Positions 19,310-29,442 of a DNA stretch of 64,000 bases are shown piece by piece (position 1 is the stretch's first letter; each line of letters opens with the position of its first letter). Source of the stretch: a virus. The position numbers and the translations under genes are program-made. The DNA lies in IMG/VR virus record IMGVR_UViG_3300033233_000034, positions 5,000 to 68,999 of that record. One strand, 5' to 3'. Below the pieces are notes generated by a model. It made no database searches. It saw only the letters and a list, made by a program, of their open reading frames with translations, and was not told the origin of the DNA.

Positions 19310-22300
19310 ATGGCAGACTTAGGACAGTTATGGGTAACGTTGGGGATGAATACAGCAGCTCTTGTTAAAGGGGTGGCTGAGATACAACGTATGCAAAAAC
19401 AAATACAAGTGGCTACCGAAGCAGCTAATAAAGCACAACTAACATCTACTGAAAGAACAACAGCCGGACAGATTGCAGCCCATAATCGAGTAGCCCAAGC
19501 ATCTCAAGTTGCTAATACAAAAATAGTAGCGGATAGTACAAAAGCGGCAGCATTAACAGCTAGTGCTTGGCATAGTAAAATAAATCAAGTAGGTTATGAC
19601 TTCCAACGATTGGGAATGACTGCTTCTATGTTTATAACAGCTCCTTTAGCATTAATAGGGAAAGGTTCTTTTTCAACAGCTATGGAAATTGAATTTGCAG
19701 CTAAAAAGATTGTGGCTTTAGCTGGAGTTACGGGTAAAACTTTAGATTCTTGGCAAGGTGAACTTAGTAGGATTAGTGATTCTACTGGTAAAACGGCTTT
19801 AGAATTAAATACAGCTTTATATTTTATTACTTCATCAGGACAAAAAGGTGCTGAGGCTTTAAAAATATTAGATATATCGGCAAAAGCCTCAGCATCAGGA
19901 TTAGGGGAAACGGATGCTATTTCTCGATTATTGGTTTCATCCATGAATGCTTATGGTAAAGAGGTTTTAACATCTGCAAGAGCTGGAGATATTTTAACAG
20001 CAGCAGTAAGGGAAGGTACAGCGGAGGCATCTGATATGGCTAATCAAATAGGAAAAGTAGTACCTATGGCTAAGTTACTTGGTGTTTCTTTTGCACAAGT
20101 AGCAGGGGCTACGGCAGCTATGACTTTAACAGGTATGAATGCAGCACAAGCAACAACTTCCTTAACACAAATTTTTACACAATTATTAAAGAATAGTCAT
20201 GAAGCGGTAGGATTAATAGCTAAAGATCATCAAACGTTAGCTATGCTTCGTGCTGAATTAGTTGCTGGAAATTTACCTGATGTTTTGGATAAGATTAATA
20301 AAATAATGGAGGATTCAGGGAATACTCTTGCACAATTCTTTGGTAATAAACGATCTTTGACAGGGGGTTTAAATTTAATTAATGATTTAGAACGCACTAA
20401 AGCGGTAATGTTAGCAGTGGAAATGTCTGCGGGGGATTTAAGTAAAGGGTGGAGAGAAATGGATGATACCATGAAAAACCAATTAAAACATGCTACTACG
20501 GCTTTAAATGATGCTTTTAAAACTTTAGGTATGTCTATGCGTGGTTCTTTAATTTCCGTGTTTAAAGATTTTACAGTATGGATTAAAAGTGTTACCAAAG
20601 CATATTCAGAATTAACGGTATCGGCACAAAAATCTATAATGGTATGGGTGGGTGTATTAGCAGCTATTGGACCAGTATCTTTATTTATAACATTGATTAC
20701 CCGTTTAATGGTGGGATTTAATTATGCCATAAAAATAGTAACAGTTTCTTTAGGATTTTTGAGAACAGCTATGCTTACTTCGGGGGTTGGAGCCATATTA
20801 GTAGCATTAGGGGCAGTAGTGGCTTTAGGGGTTGGTTTGAGTATGTTTAGTCGTAGAAACGAAGAAGCAGCAATATCAGAAAAGAAATTAGGGGAAGCAG
20901 CAGAAGCAGCTAAAATTCAATTACAGGAGAATTTTGATTCAATTAAGGATATGATGACAACCACTCCTAAAATGAATCCTTATGAATTAGATGCTCAAAT
21001 ATTAAAAGTTAAAAAAGAAATTGAAGAATTAAAGAATGGTTATGCTTCTAAAGCTAAAGAAATTCAGGCTATAATAGACAAAGACCCTATTATTTTGAAA
21101 CTGAAAGCCAAAATGGATAGCAGTGATCCTGATGTTAGGAATAGTTATATTGCAGGTACTGACCGGTACATTTCTAAAAAATATAATATTCCTACGGATT
21201 CTCTTACATCTAATATTCCAAAATTAGATTCACTTTTATTAGCTGATCGTAGAGCAAAATTACTTGAATTAGCTAATACCACACAAGCTACGGACACAAT
21301 AGCACGAGGAGCAATAGCTATTTATCAAGCCGATATAGCTATAATGGAACAACTTAAAAAAGAATATAAAGGTAAAGAAGTAGAGTTTGAAAATACAGAA
21401 AAAAATAAACGTGCGGCTGATGCAATAAAAGGTGCTTATGATGATTATGCTAACGGATTGCAAAGAATAATAGCCCTAAGAAAAGTATTTGGGGAGTCCG
21501 TTGATGTTCTTGGTTTTAAATTTAATGCTGAAGAGGAATCCTATAAAATATTGGGAAATCTCGTAAATGCTTTAGGGGATACTTCAGAAAGAAATACACC
21601 AAAGTTTAAAAACTTAACGGTTGAATTAATACGGATGACACAAGCGATTAGAGATAAAGAACTTAGTCGTTTAGAAGCTGCTGGAATTAATACTACTAAA
21701 GATACAGGATATTTACCAAGCAGAGCCAAATCCTTACCTATGTTTGCACAGTTAGGAGGACAATTAGAAGTATCGATTAAAGGTATTCAAAATAATGGTT
21801 GGTTGAATAAAGAACTTATACCTACTTTAGTACAAGAGGCTCGTCATAGAAAAGAAATTAATAGGTTAATGGAACAAGCTCGTGTAATGGGTGTTGATCC
21901 GAAAGCTTTAAAAAACATAAAGGAAAGTGCTCAAGGATATGAAATGCAAAAAATATTTTTAGAGGGCTTATTAGAACCTTTAACAGAAGCTGAAATTAAG
22001 TTTCAGGAATTTAATAGTAATTTTCAATGGTTTGGGCAAAAGGCTTTAGAGTTTATTCAAACATACACAGAAATGATTACGAATAAACAACAAAAAGCAT
22101 ATGCTTTTATAGATAATATTGCTAAACGAGAATATAAATCAGCAGAATGGGTTACTAAACAAAAAGAAAAATTAGATGCTGAGTATAATCGTAAAAAGAA
22201 AATAGCATCTATTGCTTCCGTAGCGATTAATGGTGCAATGGCAGTTATGAATTTAGCAGCAACTTTACCCGGATCAGTATTAAATCCTTTATTTTACCCA

Positions 22301-22576
22301 ATGGCTGCATTGATTGCAGGGTTGACAATAGCTCAAACAGCTATTATAAATGGGGCGGGTATGGCTCAAGGTGGGACAATACCTTCAGGTTATCCAAATG
22401 ATAGTTACCCAGCTCGCCTAACGTCAGGGGAAATAGTAGTGCCTCCGGGAAAACTTCCAGAGTTCCGTGGTGGTATGAATCCTATAATAATTCATCTGAC
22501 AGGTAAACTTCTTGCAGAGGGTAACGACTTAGTTTATGTTATGGACAAACAAATAACTGTTAATAATAGTTACTAA
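19310..22576 (+). CDS. tape measure protein (TP901-like core)
   Basis: 1088 aa, Ala-rich helical, central hydrophobic segments, C-terminal MAQGG...PARLTSGE. Confidence 0.93.
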   Translation: MADLGQLWVTLGMNTAALVKGVAEIQRMQKQIQVATEAANKAQLTSTERTTAGQIAAHNRVAQASQVANTKIVADSTKAAALTASAWHSKINQVGYDFQRLGMTASMFITAPLALIGKGSFSTAMEIEFAAKKIVALAGVTGKTLDSWQGELSRISDSTGKTALELNTALYFITSSGQKGAEALKILDISAKASASGLGETDAISRLLVSSMNAYGKEVLTSARAGDILTAAVREGTAEASDMANQIGKVVPMAKLLGVSFAQVAGATAAMTLTGMNAAQATTSLTQIFTQLLKNSHEAVGLIAKDHQTLAMLRAELVAGNLPDVLDKINKIMEDSGNTLAQFFGNKRSLTGGLNLINDLERTKAVMLAVEMSAGDLSKGWREMDDTMKNQLKHATTALNDAFKTLGMSMRGSLISVFKDFTVWIKSVTKAYSELTVSAQKSIMVWVGVLAAIGPVSLFITLITRLMVGFNYAIKIVTVSLGFLRTAMLTSGVGAILVALGAVVALGVGLSMFSRRNEEAAISEKKLGEAAEAAKIQLQENFDSIKDMMTTTPKMNPYELDAQILKVKKEIEELKNGYASKAKEIQAIIDKDPIILKLKAKMDSSDPDVRNSYIAGTDRYISKKYNIPTDSLTSNIPKLDSLLLADRRAKLLELANTTQATDTIARGAIAIYQADIAIMEQLKKEYKGKEVEFENTEKNKRAADAIKGAYDDYANGLQRIIALRKVFGESVDVLGFKFNAEEESYKILGNLVNALGDTSERNTPKFKNLTVELIRMTQAIRDKELSRLEAAGINTTKDTGYLPSRAKSLPMFAQLGGQLEVSIKGIQNNGWLNKELIPTLVQEARHRKEINRLMEQARVMGVDPKALKNIKESAQGYEMQKIFLEGLLEPLTEAEIKFQEFNSNFQWFGQKALEFIQTYTEMITNKQQKAYAFIDNIAKREYKSAEWVTKQKEKLDAEYNRKKKIASIASVAINGAMAVMNLAATLPGSVLNPLFYPMAALIAGLTIAQTAIINGAGMAQGGTIPSGYPNDSYPARLTSGEIVVPPGKLPEFRGGMNPIIIHLTGKLLAEGNDLVYVMDKQITVNNSY

Positions 22577-22580
22577 CGAT

Positions 22581-25124
22581 ATGGCATACGGTAATAAATA
22601 TGATATTCGATGGGCTGGAAAAGACCTTAAGGGACATCTATACTTAGATAAGGATGCTTACGCTGGTGCAGTCGATACAAGCGTTCGTATCCCTTTCGAT
22701 AGTATATCCTATAATTATTTATTTGGTGACTGGAATGAGCCTGTAATCGGTATGCAATTAGAATTTGAGATTGTTAACGATAAAGCTAATTATTTTACTT
22801 TAGATGATTTACTAACATCTACTGAGGGTGAATATAAAGTTCGTTTGGTGGTAGATTATCCTACAACCTATACTCTATTTGAAGGATTCCTAAATTGTGA
22901 TACAGTTACTCAAAAATATTTACAGAAACAAAATATTAAATTTGTAGCTAGTAGTTACCTTTCTAAATTAGAAAATGATCATCCTATAAGTATTGATACT
23001 TTACAAAATAAAACATTTATTGATATTATAGATGAAATTTTGGTAAGTACGGGAGCATCCTATAATATAAAAATAAATAGTACTCTTCATGCTGAGGGGG
23101 ATGTTCTTTCTGCCGGAAAATCTTTGTTTAATCTCAATGGTTTTAATACGGAATTATTTTGGGAGGATGAAGTTGAGCGTAAATCCAGTTTAGATATTCT
23201 TAAAACTATATTAACTACTTTTGAGTGTTATTTGTATTGGTGGGGAAGTTATTGGTATATTGAACGCTATGAAGATATTTGGAAAGAATCTGTTTCATAT
23301 ATAGAATATACCACAGGAACACCTTATGCTCCTACTGGCACTGGAGCAGTGGTTGCAGGAACGAAAAGTATTAATAGAGTACATTATGATCCAATTACAA
23401 AAACAGGTTTACGATTTATTCAACAATCTCAAAATAGACATAGTATTCCAGGATTAAAAAGTATTCAAATAAATTTAGAGGATAAAAAATTCCTTAATTT
23501 GGTTAAAGCGGATTTAACAAACATAGGAACTACTTCAACGGCTGCACCTACTCCTGATTATAGAACATGGTTACGGTGGGTTGATGGGGATGTTGAGTGG
23601 GCGTGGGCTACAATAGGTCAACCAAAATCAAATATTAGTAATAGTATTTGTAGAATAGCTTGGGGAGGTATTCAAGGAGAAGAACTTGTATTTGATTCTT
23701 TTAAGGGTTTATATACTCAATTTAAGATAACGGTAACAGAATCTACTGAATTAAAAATAGCTTTTAAATACGCTGTGGATAGGTATGGGACGATAGCGCC
23801 GTGGAGTAATGCAAACTCACCTTCATTAGATGGTTTTATATTTCATTTTCCTTGGTATTTACGATCTGTTACAGATAGTGAATATATAACACAACCAAAC
23901 ATAGAAGTAGATTCATGGATAAAAAGTCCAAAAGATACTGAATTACGTGCTTTACAATATATACAGGTAAACGGATCATCCTTCAATCCTAAAACTAATA
24001 CAGTAGATGTAAGTGTGACTATACCTATTGGTAAAGTTGTTAAACAAGAATTAGAATTACCAGCAGGTTTATTGATAGGGGATATTTCTTTAGTATTGTG
24101 TATAGGATCAGAAGTAATAAAGAAACAGGATGTAGCAGATTCACAACCCAATCAGGCTTGGTTTGGTGATTTTGAAGTAACAGCTACAGATGAAAATCAA
24201 AATAATGTTATAGAGGGTAAAATTTCTACTAAATTTCTAAACAAAAAAACTATTCCCTTATCGTTATATGATTCTGAAAATGTTAATTATAAGAATGGTA
24301 TTGTACGTGGGAGTGACTTGTCTATAAGAACAGAAAAATGGGGAACCACTGGAGAGGCTACCGAAATAGTTCAAAAAGGAGTAGTTTGGTCAACAATAAT
24401 AAACCCAACAGTAGCATTAGCTACTAAAACTTTAGATGGTGCTGGTACAGATACTTTTACAAGTCTTATAACAGGGTTATCTCCCGGAACTACTTATTAT
24501 GTTCGTTCTTATTTTACCGATGCTTTAGGGGATACTTATTATGGGAATGAAATAGAATTTGCTACAACGGCTTTAGTTATAGGTAGTCCTTATATGGGTG
24601 GTAAAATTGGGTATTTGTATCAACCGGGGGATGGTCCTTATGATGCAAATGTTGTACATGGTATTATAGTTTCAGATTATGATATATCTTATTTATTTAC
24701 TTCTCATCCGGGGAAAAACTTTTGGTGTAGTTTACAAAGTGTTTCAAGTAATAATGTATCTTGTGATACAATATTAGGTTTAGGAACTCACGATGCTGAA
24801 GGGGGTAGAGTTAATTCCGATTTAATGAATGATAATGCTTTTGTATTGGATTATGCTATACATGATGTAGCTTTATATGATATGGGGAATTACACGGATT
24901 GGAAAATGCCAAGTATAGATGAATTAAATTTAATTAGAGGAAATAAAGTAGCTTTAGGAAATAATTTTGTTTCTGATTGGTATTGGAGTAGTAGTGAACC
25001 AAGTTTAGATGGTATTCATGGTGCGGGGGTAAAAGCATATGCTTTAAATTTTGGGAACACCTCTGTTAAGGATGCTTGGAAAAAGAATAATTGGAGGCGA
25101 GTACGTGCCGTAAGATATTTTTAA
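22581..25124 (+). CDS. tail tip/hub protein with C-terminal partial FN3 and DUF1566 (Lcl C-type lectin-like) domain
   Basis: Follows the tape measure gene; GVVWST...TGLSPGTTYYVRSY; DWKMPSIDEL, YWSSSE, VRAVRYF. Confidence 0.75.
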   Translation: MAYGNKYDIRWAGKDLKGHLYLDKDAYAGAVDTSVRIPFDSISYNYLFGDWNEPVIGMQLEFEIVNDKANYFTLDDLLTSTEGEYKVRLVVDYPTTYTLFEGFLNCDTVTQKYLQKQNIKFVASSYLSKLENDHPISIDTLQNKTFIDIIDEILVSTGASYNIKINSTLHAEGDVLSAGKSLFNLNGFNTELFWEDEVERKSSLDILKTILTTFECYLYWWGSYWYIERYEDIWKESVSYIEYTTGTPYAPTGTGAVVAGTKSINRVHYDPITKTGLRFIQQSQNRHSIPGLKSIQINLEDKKFLNLVKADLTNIGTTSTAAPTPDYRTWLRWVDGDVEWAWATIGQPKSNISNSICRIAWGGIQGEELVFDSFKGLYTQFKITVTESTELKIAFKYAVDRYGTIAPWSNANSPSLDGFIFHFPWYLRSVTDSEYITQPNIEVDSWIKSPKDTELRALQYIQVNGSSFNPKTNTVDVSVTIPIGKVVKQELELPAGLLIGDISLVLCIGSEVIKKQDVADSQPNQAWFGDFEVTATDENQNNVIEGKISTKFLNKKTIPLSLYDSENVNYKNGIVRGSDLSIRTEKWGTTGEATEIVQKGVVWSTIINPTVALATKTLDGAGTDTFTSLITGLSPGTTYYVRSYFTDALGDTYYGNEIEFATTALVIGSPYMGGKIGYLYQPGDGPYDANVVHGIIVSDYDISYLFTSHPGKNFWCSLQSVSSNNVSCDTILGLGTHDAEGGRVNSDLMNDNAFVLDYAIHDVALYDMGNYTDWKMPSIDELNLIRGNKVALGNNFVSDWYWSSSEPSLDGIHGAGVKAYALNFGNTSVKDAWKKNNWRRVRAVRYF

Positions 25125-25136
25125 AAAATAGAATTA

Positions 25137-25496
25137 ATGGAAATTACAACAACAGCAATAACCAGTATTACAACGGTATCTGCAAAGAGCGGTGGGGTTA
25201 TAACTACTATTGCGGGGGATTATTCCCCAATAGTGGATAAATTATTACATAATAAATGGCAATTGTATAATAAAACCCGTCAAAAATTAACAGCTGATGT
25301 AAAGATGGTTGCCCCTATACAACCATTGAGTTTATTTGAAGATAGTAAACAAATAGAAATTATTGGTGGGGGTGTGGGTGGAGCTGATGTTTTAAAAAAG
25401 TTTGTATTAACTGCATACAGATTCAAACCTATAAGTGGGATTTGTACAGTAGAATTACAAGAATATGATAATACAACAGAAGTAACTTTAGTATAA
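25137..25496 (+). CDS. tail protein; N-terminus is the missing first part of an FN3 repeat
   Basis: TTTAITSITTVSAKSGGVIT matches repeat starts in 29439..32075; same frame as the upstream gene. Confidence 0.65.
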   Translation: MEITTTAITSITTVSAKSGGVITTIAGDYSPIVDKLLHNKWQLYNKTRQKLTADVKMVAPIQPLSLFEDSKQIEIIGGGVGGADVLKKFVLTAYRFKPISGICTVELQEYDNTTEVTLV

Positions 25497-26233
25497 TGGC
25501 AATTAATGTAACAGTAACTAGAAGATTTAGAGGGGCTAAGGACAAAACAGCTTCCAGTCCTTCTTATATGTTTCAGAATCCACAAGCATTAAGTGGAGGT
25601 GTTACTATGGAACAGGTAAATGCTGCTATATTGAATAAAAAATCATTACATGGTTTTGAAAGAAGTTCAAACAATGTTTTGTCATTTAACGCTGGGACTG
25701 GTGTTTTTTCTATTACTGGAACTCAATTTGGGATTTGGTATATGGGGTATCAGTATTTAAAAGACACTGAAACGGTAACGCTCACCCTTGAAAGTGGAAT
25801 ACCTTCTCGATGGTTTGTTTTTTGGGATAATGAATTAACCTTATCTGTAAATGAAACTTGTGATGTTTATGAATCCTTATTAGTAGCTATTCTTATTTGG
25901 AATGGGACTACTGGTGAAATTGTAGATCGTAGGCATCCAGCATATACAGATTGGGATGATATGGAAGCACAAAAAGTACCCATAATAATTCCTTTTACAG
26001 CCGTTGTTAATCCGATTCTCCCAATAGACTACCCTACTCATACATATCAGGATTTGTTTGTTACAAAATACGGAGAGTACCCAAATTTACAGTTAATAAT
26101 CGAAGTAGATGCAAATACTGAATATATTAACACTGTACAACCCATCCGGCACCTATCAGATGGTAAGTTGGATTATATAGATTGGTATTTAGACGGAGCA
26201 GAAGTAACTGGGAAAATAAAATTATCACGATGA
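25496..26233 (+). CDS. putative tail/fibre-associated protein
   Basis: Beta-rich ORF in the tail module, translationally coupled on both sides. Confidence 0.55.
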   Translation: MAINVTVTRRFRGAKDKTASSPSYMFQNPQALSGGVTMEQVNAAILNKKSLHGFERSSNNVLSFNAGTGVFSITGTQFGIWYMGYQYLKDTETVTLTLESGIPSRWFVFWDNELTLSVNETCDVYESLLVAILIWNGTTGEIVDRRHPAYTDWDDMEAQKVPIIIPFTAVVNPILPIDYPTHTYQDLFVTKYGEYPNLQLIIEVDANTEYINTVQPIRHLSDGKLDYIDWYLDGAEVTGKIKLSR

Positions 26234-29200
26234 AAAAGATATTTGTCACATTTTGCCTTGTCGGTTTTTGCCTTGTCGGTTTTGGGCAATTTCGTTCAGA
26301 GACTCCTCCCGCTGTTTCTGACACAGGAAGGCACGCACTATTAACACCTCCGCCATTTACTTTATGGTTCCCTCCCGGCGACACAATTCGCAGGATTTAC
26401 ATTAACATGGGAAACAAATACAAATATGAGTCACTAATTACGGGCCAAAGATTAAATACAATAATTGATAGTCTGTTATTAGTTACTTCAGGAATTTATA
26501 AGCGGTTAGACGACAGCACCGCTCGTGACGGATTTGCAAAAAGGGAGTATGTTCAACACTTTTTCGTTCAAAAGCAAGATAGTGATAATTTAGAAACAGG
26601 TTATTTCCCTAATTCACGAGCAGATACAAAAACCGATACTTCTTTTCATGACAATCTTAGGCATTTAGCTGAAAGAAATTATTCTTCATTAACAAATGTT
26701 CCAGATTTAGGATTAAAAAGGGATACGTCAAGCCATGATAATTTAAGGCATTTAACTGAAAAGTCTTATAATTCGCTAACTGAAACGCCTAATCTAACAC
26801 TAAAAACCGATACGTCCTTCCATGATAATCTTAGGCATTTAGCTGAAAGAAAATATGAATCTTTAACAGATAAACCTGATTTAGATATTTATAGAGAAAA
26901 AACAACCCCAATAACATACGCTGAAATAACAAGTAAGCCAAATTTAGCTATATATAGAGAGAGAAGTGATACAATAGATCATGATGGTACAGCCTCCGTT
27001 GGTGAATTAAGGAAAAAAATACCCTTAGCAGAAAAAGGGGTAAATAATGGTGTTGCCACATTAGATGCTGGCGGTAAGGTTCCTGCATCACAATTGATCG
27101 CTACCACATATCCTCACAAGGGCGTTTGGAATGCTGCAACAAATACTCCAACCTTAGCAGATGGTACAGGAACAGCAGGATGGGTTTATCTTGTTACAAC
27201 AGGAGGAACTGTCAATCTTGGTAGTGGAAATATAACTTTTGCAGTAAATGAACATGCAGTATATAGTGGTACAATTTGGCAAAAATCAGGATCAAGCAGT
27301 GCTGTTTCTTCCGTTAACTCCCAAACAGGAGTAGTGGTATTAAACACGGATAATATTGCAGAAGGTAGTACAAATAAATACAGTACTGGTAATCTTTGGA
27401 AAAGAACGGGGACTACACTTTCACCTAATACTACAAATGACAATATAGATAATGGCAATGGTAAAGTAACCACGGGGATGGTTTCTTCTGATAGTATTAT
27501 GGCTAAAAATAGAACAAGTGGTTTGGTTTTTGACACTTCTGGTTCTGTGACAATTGACACTAGCTATACTACATATTCTACGACATTGGATAAAATGGAG
27601 TATAGTACTAATGCATTAGCACAAATGGCTTATGTGACGAGTGCGGATAGTGTAGCTGAAGGTGCTCAAGGAACAATTGACGCTGAAACAAAGTTATTAG
27701 TACATTTTAATGGAGCAAATGACGGTACTACATTTTCAGACACAGCAACAAATAAGCAAATAACAAACCCGAACAATGGGGTGCTTACTAAAACAGGAAT
27801 TAAGAAATTTGGTACAGCAGCGGGATATTTTAATGGAGCGAGCTATCTTCATTTGAACGATAACGCAGATTGGGACTTTGGAACAGGAACATTTTCGGTA
27901 GACTTTTGGGTATATCCAACTTCTGCAGATTTTTCCGGTTACTTGCCGATGGTTGCGTCTGGCAATTATAATACACCAGAAAACACGCACGGCTGGACAA
28001 TATATACTAGAGATAGTGGTGTTGTAAAATTATCAACAAACGGTTCCTCTGTTAATCAGGTTACATCGGGTGATCAAGTACTAACCATGAATACTTGGAA
28101 TCACATTGCCGTGATAAAAAAGGGTACAGGGAGTACGGATTTTAATATCTATGTGAATGGAGTTGCTGGGAATGCTCCCGAGACAGGTAACGTAATTACA
28201 GACGCGGGAACTTATGGTTTGACAATTGGCAGGTATTATAATGACTTAAACGGTTATTATTATACAGGTTATTTGGATGAACTTAGAATATCTAAAGGCG
28301 TCGCCCGCTGGACTTCCAATTTTACATTACCTGCAAGACAATATCCATATGTACAAGCTGGATCGAGTGGAATAGCGTTACAAGTACAATCGACTACGAT
28401 TAAGACAGAAGGATCAAATGCTATTAAAGGTATTGCAATGAAAGATTCAACTGGGTTTACCCTTACTCGCTCTATTGTAGAACCTATCAATCTTTCAACA
28501 GCTGATACTTTAAAATTTGATATTCGTTCAACCAGAACAGGGCAAAATCTTAAAGTAACTGTAAAAGATAAAACAAGTAATTATGCCATAGACGTAACAC
28601 CAACGATAGCTGTTGCAAATCAGTATCAAACCGTTCGCACAAACATAGCTAATATAGCACCTACAAATAGAGATTCTATCAACAAAATTATCATAACTGT
28701 TATAGATGCTGCTGCCGCAGATACTTTTTATGTGGACAATATGTTTACTAATGAAAAGGACACTACTATAACAGAAACGATGCATGGTGGGGGTATTGAA
28801 TTAAGGTTACGGGGATACAAGGTATTTGTAGCTGATTCCTCTAAAAATATAGAGGTCGTAAATAAACTCAAAGGTCCAGTTATTAATGTAACAGATTCAT
28901 TGACTGTTCAGGCAGCTACTTATACATCTGGTGGCTACAGTATTCTTGTGCGTAATGACGCCAATGGTCGGGTTGAAAAGATACCATCAAGTTCTATTTC
29001 ATTAACAGATACCAAGTGGAATGGTGGTTCAGAAACACTTGTTGCAGCAACAGGTAGGGCAAGTCTTGGATTAGGTACGGCAGCATTAAGTTCAGCATCT
29101 ACATTTGTTCCTTATACTGGAGCAACAGGAAATGTAACTCTTGGAGCAAATACTATCACGGCTGGTAATTTCATTTTGTCCTCAGATAGGAGATTAAAAA

Positions 29201-29442
29201 TGAAAATAAAACCTATTGATTTTACTGGAGTTAATATTAAGTATTATCAATATAGAGCTATATCTGATACCTCACAGATTAGGTATGGCGTTATGGCAGA
29301 TGAAGTACAAAAAACAAATCCTGAATTAGTACGAAAAGATGAAAATGGAATGTTAAGTGTTGCCTATATCGATTTGCTTATTAAGGAAATAGCAGCTTTA
29401 AAGCAAAGAGTTTTGGAACTTGAAAAAACAATACAACCATGA
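26230..29442 (+). CDS. tail fibre-like protein: signal peptide, 29-aa repeats, LamG domain, C-terminal S74 intramolecular chaperone
   Basis: Likely start 26230 (ATGA overlap): MKKIFVTFCLVGFCLVGFGQ; FSVDFWVY/WNHIAV/GYLDELRISK; SDRRLK...YGVMADEV...VAYIDL. Confidence 0.82.
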   Translation: MKKIFVTFCLVGFCLVGFGQFRSETPPAVSDTGRHALLTPPPFTLWFPPGDTIRRIYINMGNKYKYESLITGQRLNTIIDSLLLVTSGIYKRLDDSTARDGFAKREYVQHFFVQKQDSDNLETGYFPNSRADTKTDTSFHDNLRHLAERNYSSLTNVPDLGLKRDTSSHDNLRHLTEKSYNSLTETPNLTLKTDTSFHDNLRHLAERKYESLTDKPDLDIYREKTTPITYAEITSKPNLAIYRERSDTIDHDGTASVGELRKKIPLAEKGVNNGVATLDAGGKVPASQLIATTYPHKGVWNAATNTPTLADGTGTAGWVYLVTTGGTVNLGSGNITFAVNEHAVYSGTIWQKSGSSSAVSSVNSQTGVVVLNTDNIAEGSTNKYSTGNLWKRTGTTLSPNTTNDNIDNGNGKVTTGMVSSDSIMAKNRTSGLVFDTSGSVTIDTSYTTYSTTLDKMEYSTNALAQMAYVTSADSVAEGAQGTIDAETKLLVHFNGANDGTTFSDTATNKQITNPNNGVLTKTGIKKFGTAAGYFNGASYLHLNDNADWDFGTGTFSVDFWVYPTSADFSGYLPMVASGNYNTPENTHGWTIYTRDSGVVKLSTNGSSVNQVTSGDQVLTMNTWNHIAVIKKGTGSTDFNIYVNGVAGNAPETGNVITDAGTYGLTIGRYYNDLNGYYYTGYLDELRISKGVARWTSNFTLPARQYPYVQAGSSGIALQVQSTTIKTEGSNAIKGIAMKDSTGFTLTRSIVEPINLSTADTLKFDIRSTRTGQNLKVTVKDKTSNYAIDVTPTIAVANQYQTVRTNIANIAPTNRDSINKIIITVIDAAAADTFYVDNMFTNEKDTTITETMHGGGIELRLRGYKVFVADSSKNIEVVNKLKGPVINVTDSLTVQAATYTSGGYSILVRNDANGRVEKIPSSSISLTDTKWNGGSETLVAATGRASLGLGTAALSSASTFVPYTGATGNVTLGANTITAGNFILSSDRRLKMKIKPIDFTGVNIKYYQYRAISDTSQIRYGVMADEVQKTNPELVRKDENGMLSVAYIDLLIKEIAALKQRVLELEKTIQP
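26251..26280 (+). repeat. 15-bp tandem duplication (FCLVG x2) in the signal peptide
   Basis: TTTTGCCTTGTCGGT twice in tandem. Confidence 0.85.
26628..26885 (+). repeat. three 87-bp (29-aa) intragenic repeats K(T/R)DTS(F/S)HDNLRHLxE
   Basis: Copies 1 and 3 are nearly identical in DNA. Confidence 0.85.

Noticed and set aside
24570-25124. DUF1566/C-type-lectin C-terminus as a diversity-generating retroelement target
   Set aside because: No reverse transcriptase and no second, adenine-variant copy of this 3' region were seen in the window; it cannot be excluded outside the window
26628-26885. Regularly spaced repeats as a CRISPR array
   Set aside because: They are in-frame 87-bp coding repeats with synonymous variation and no unique spacers
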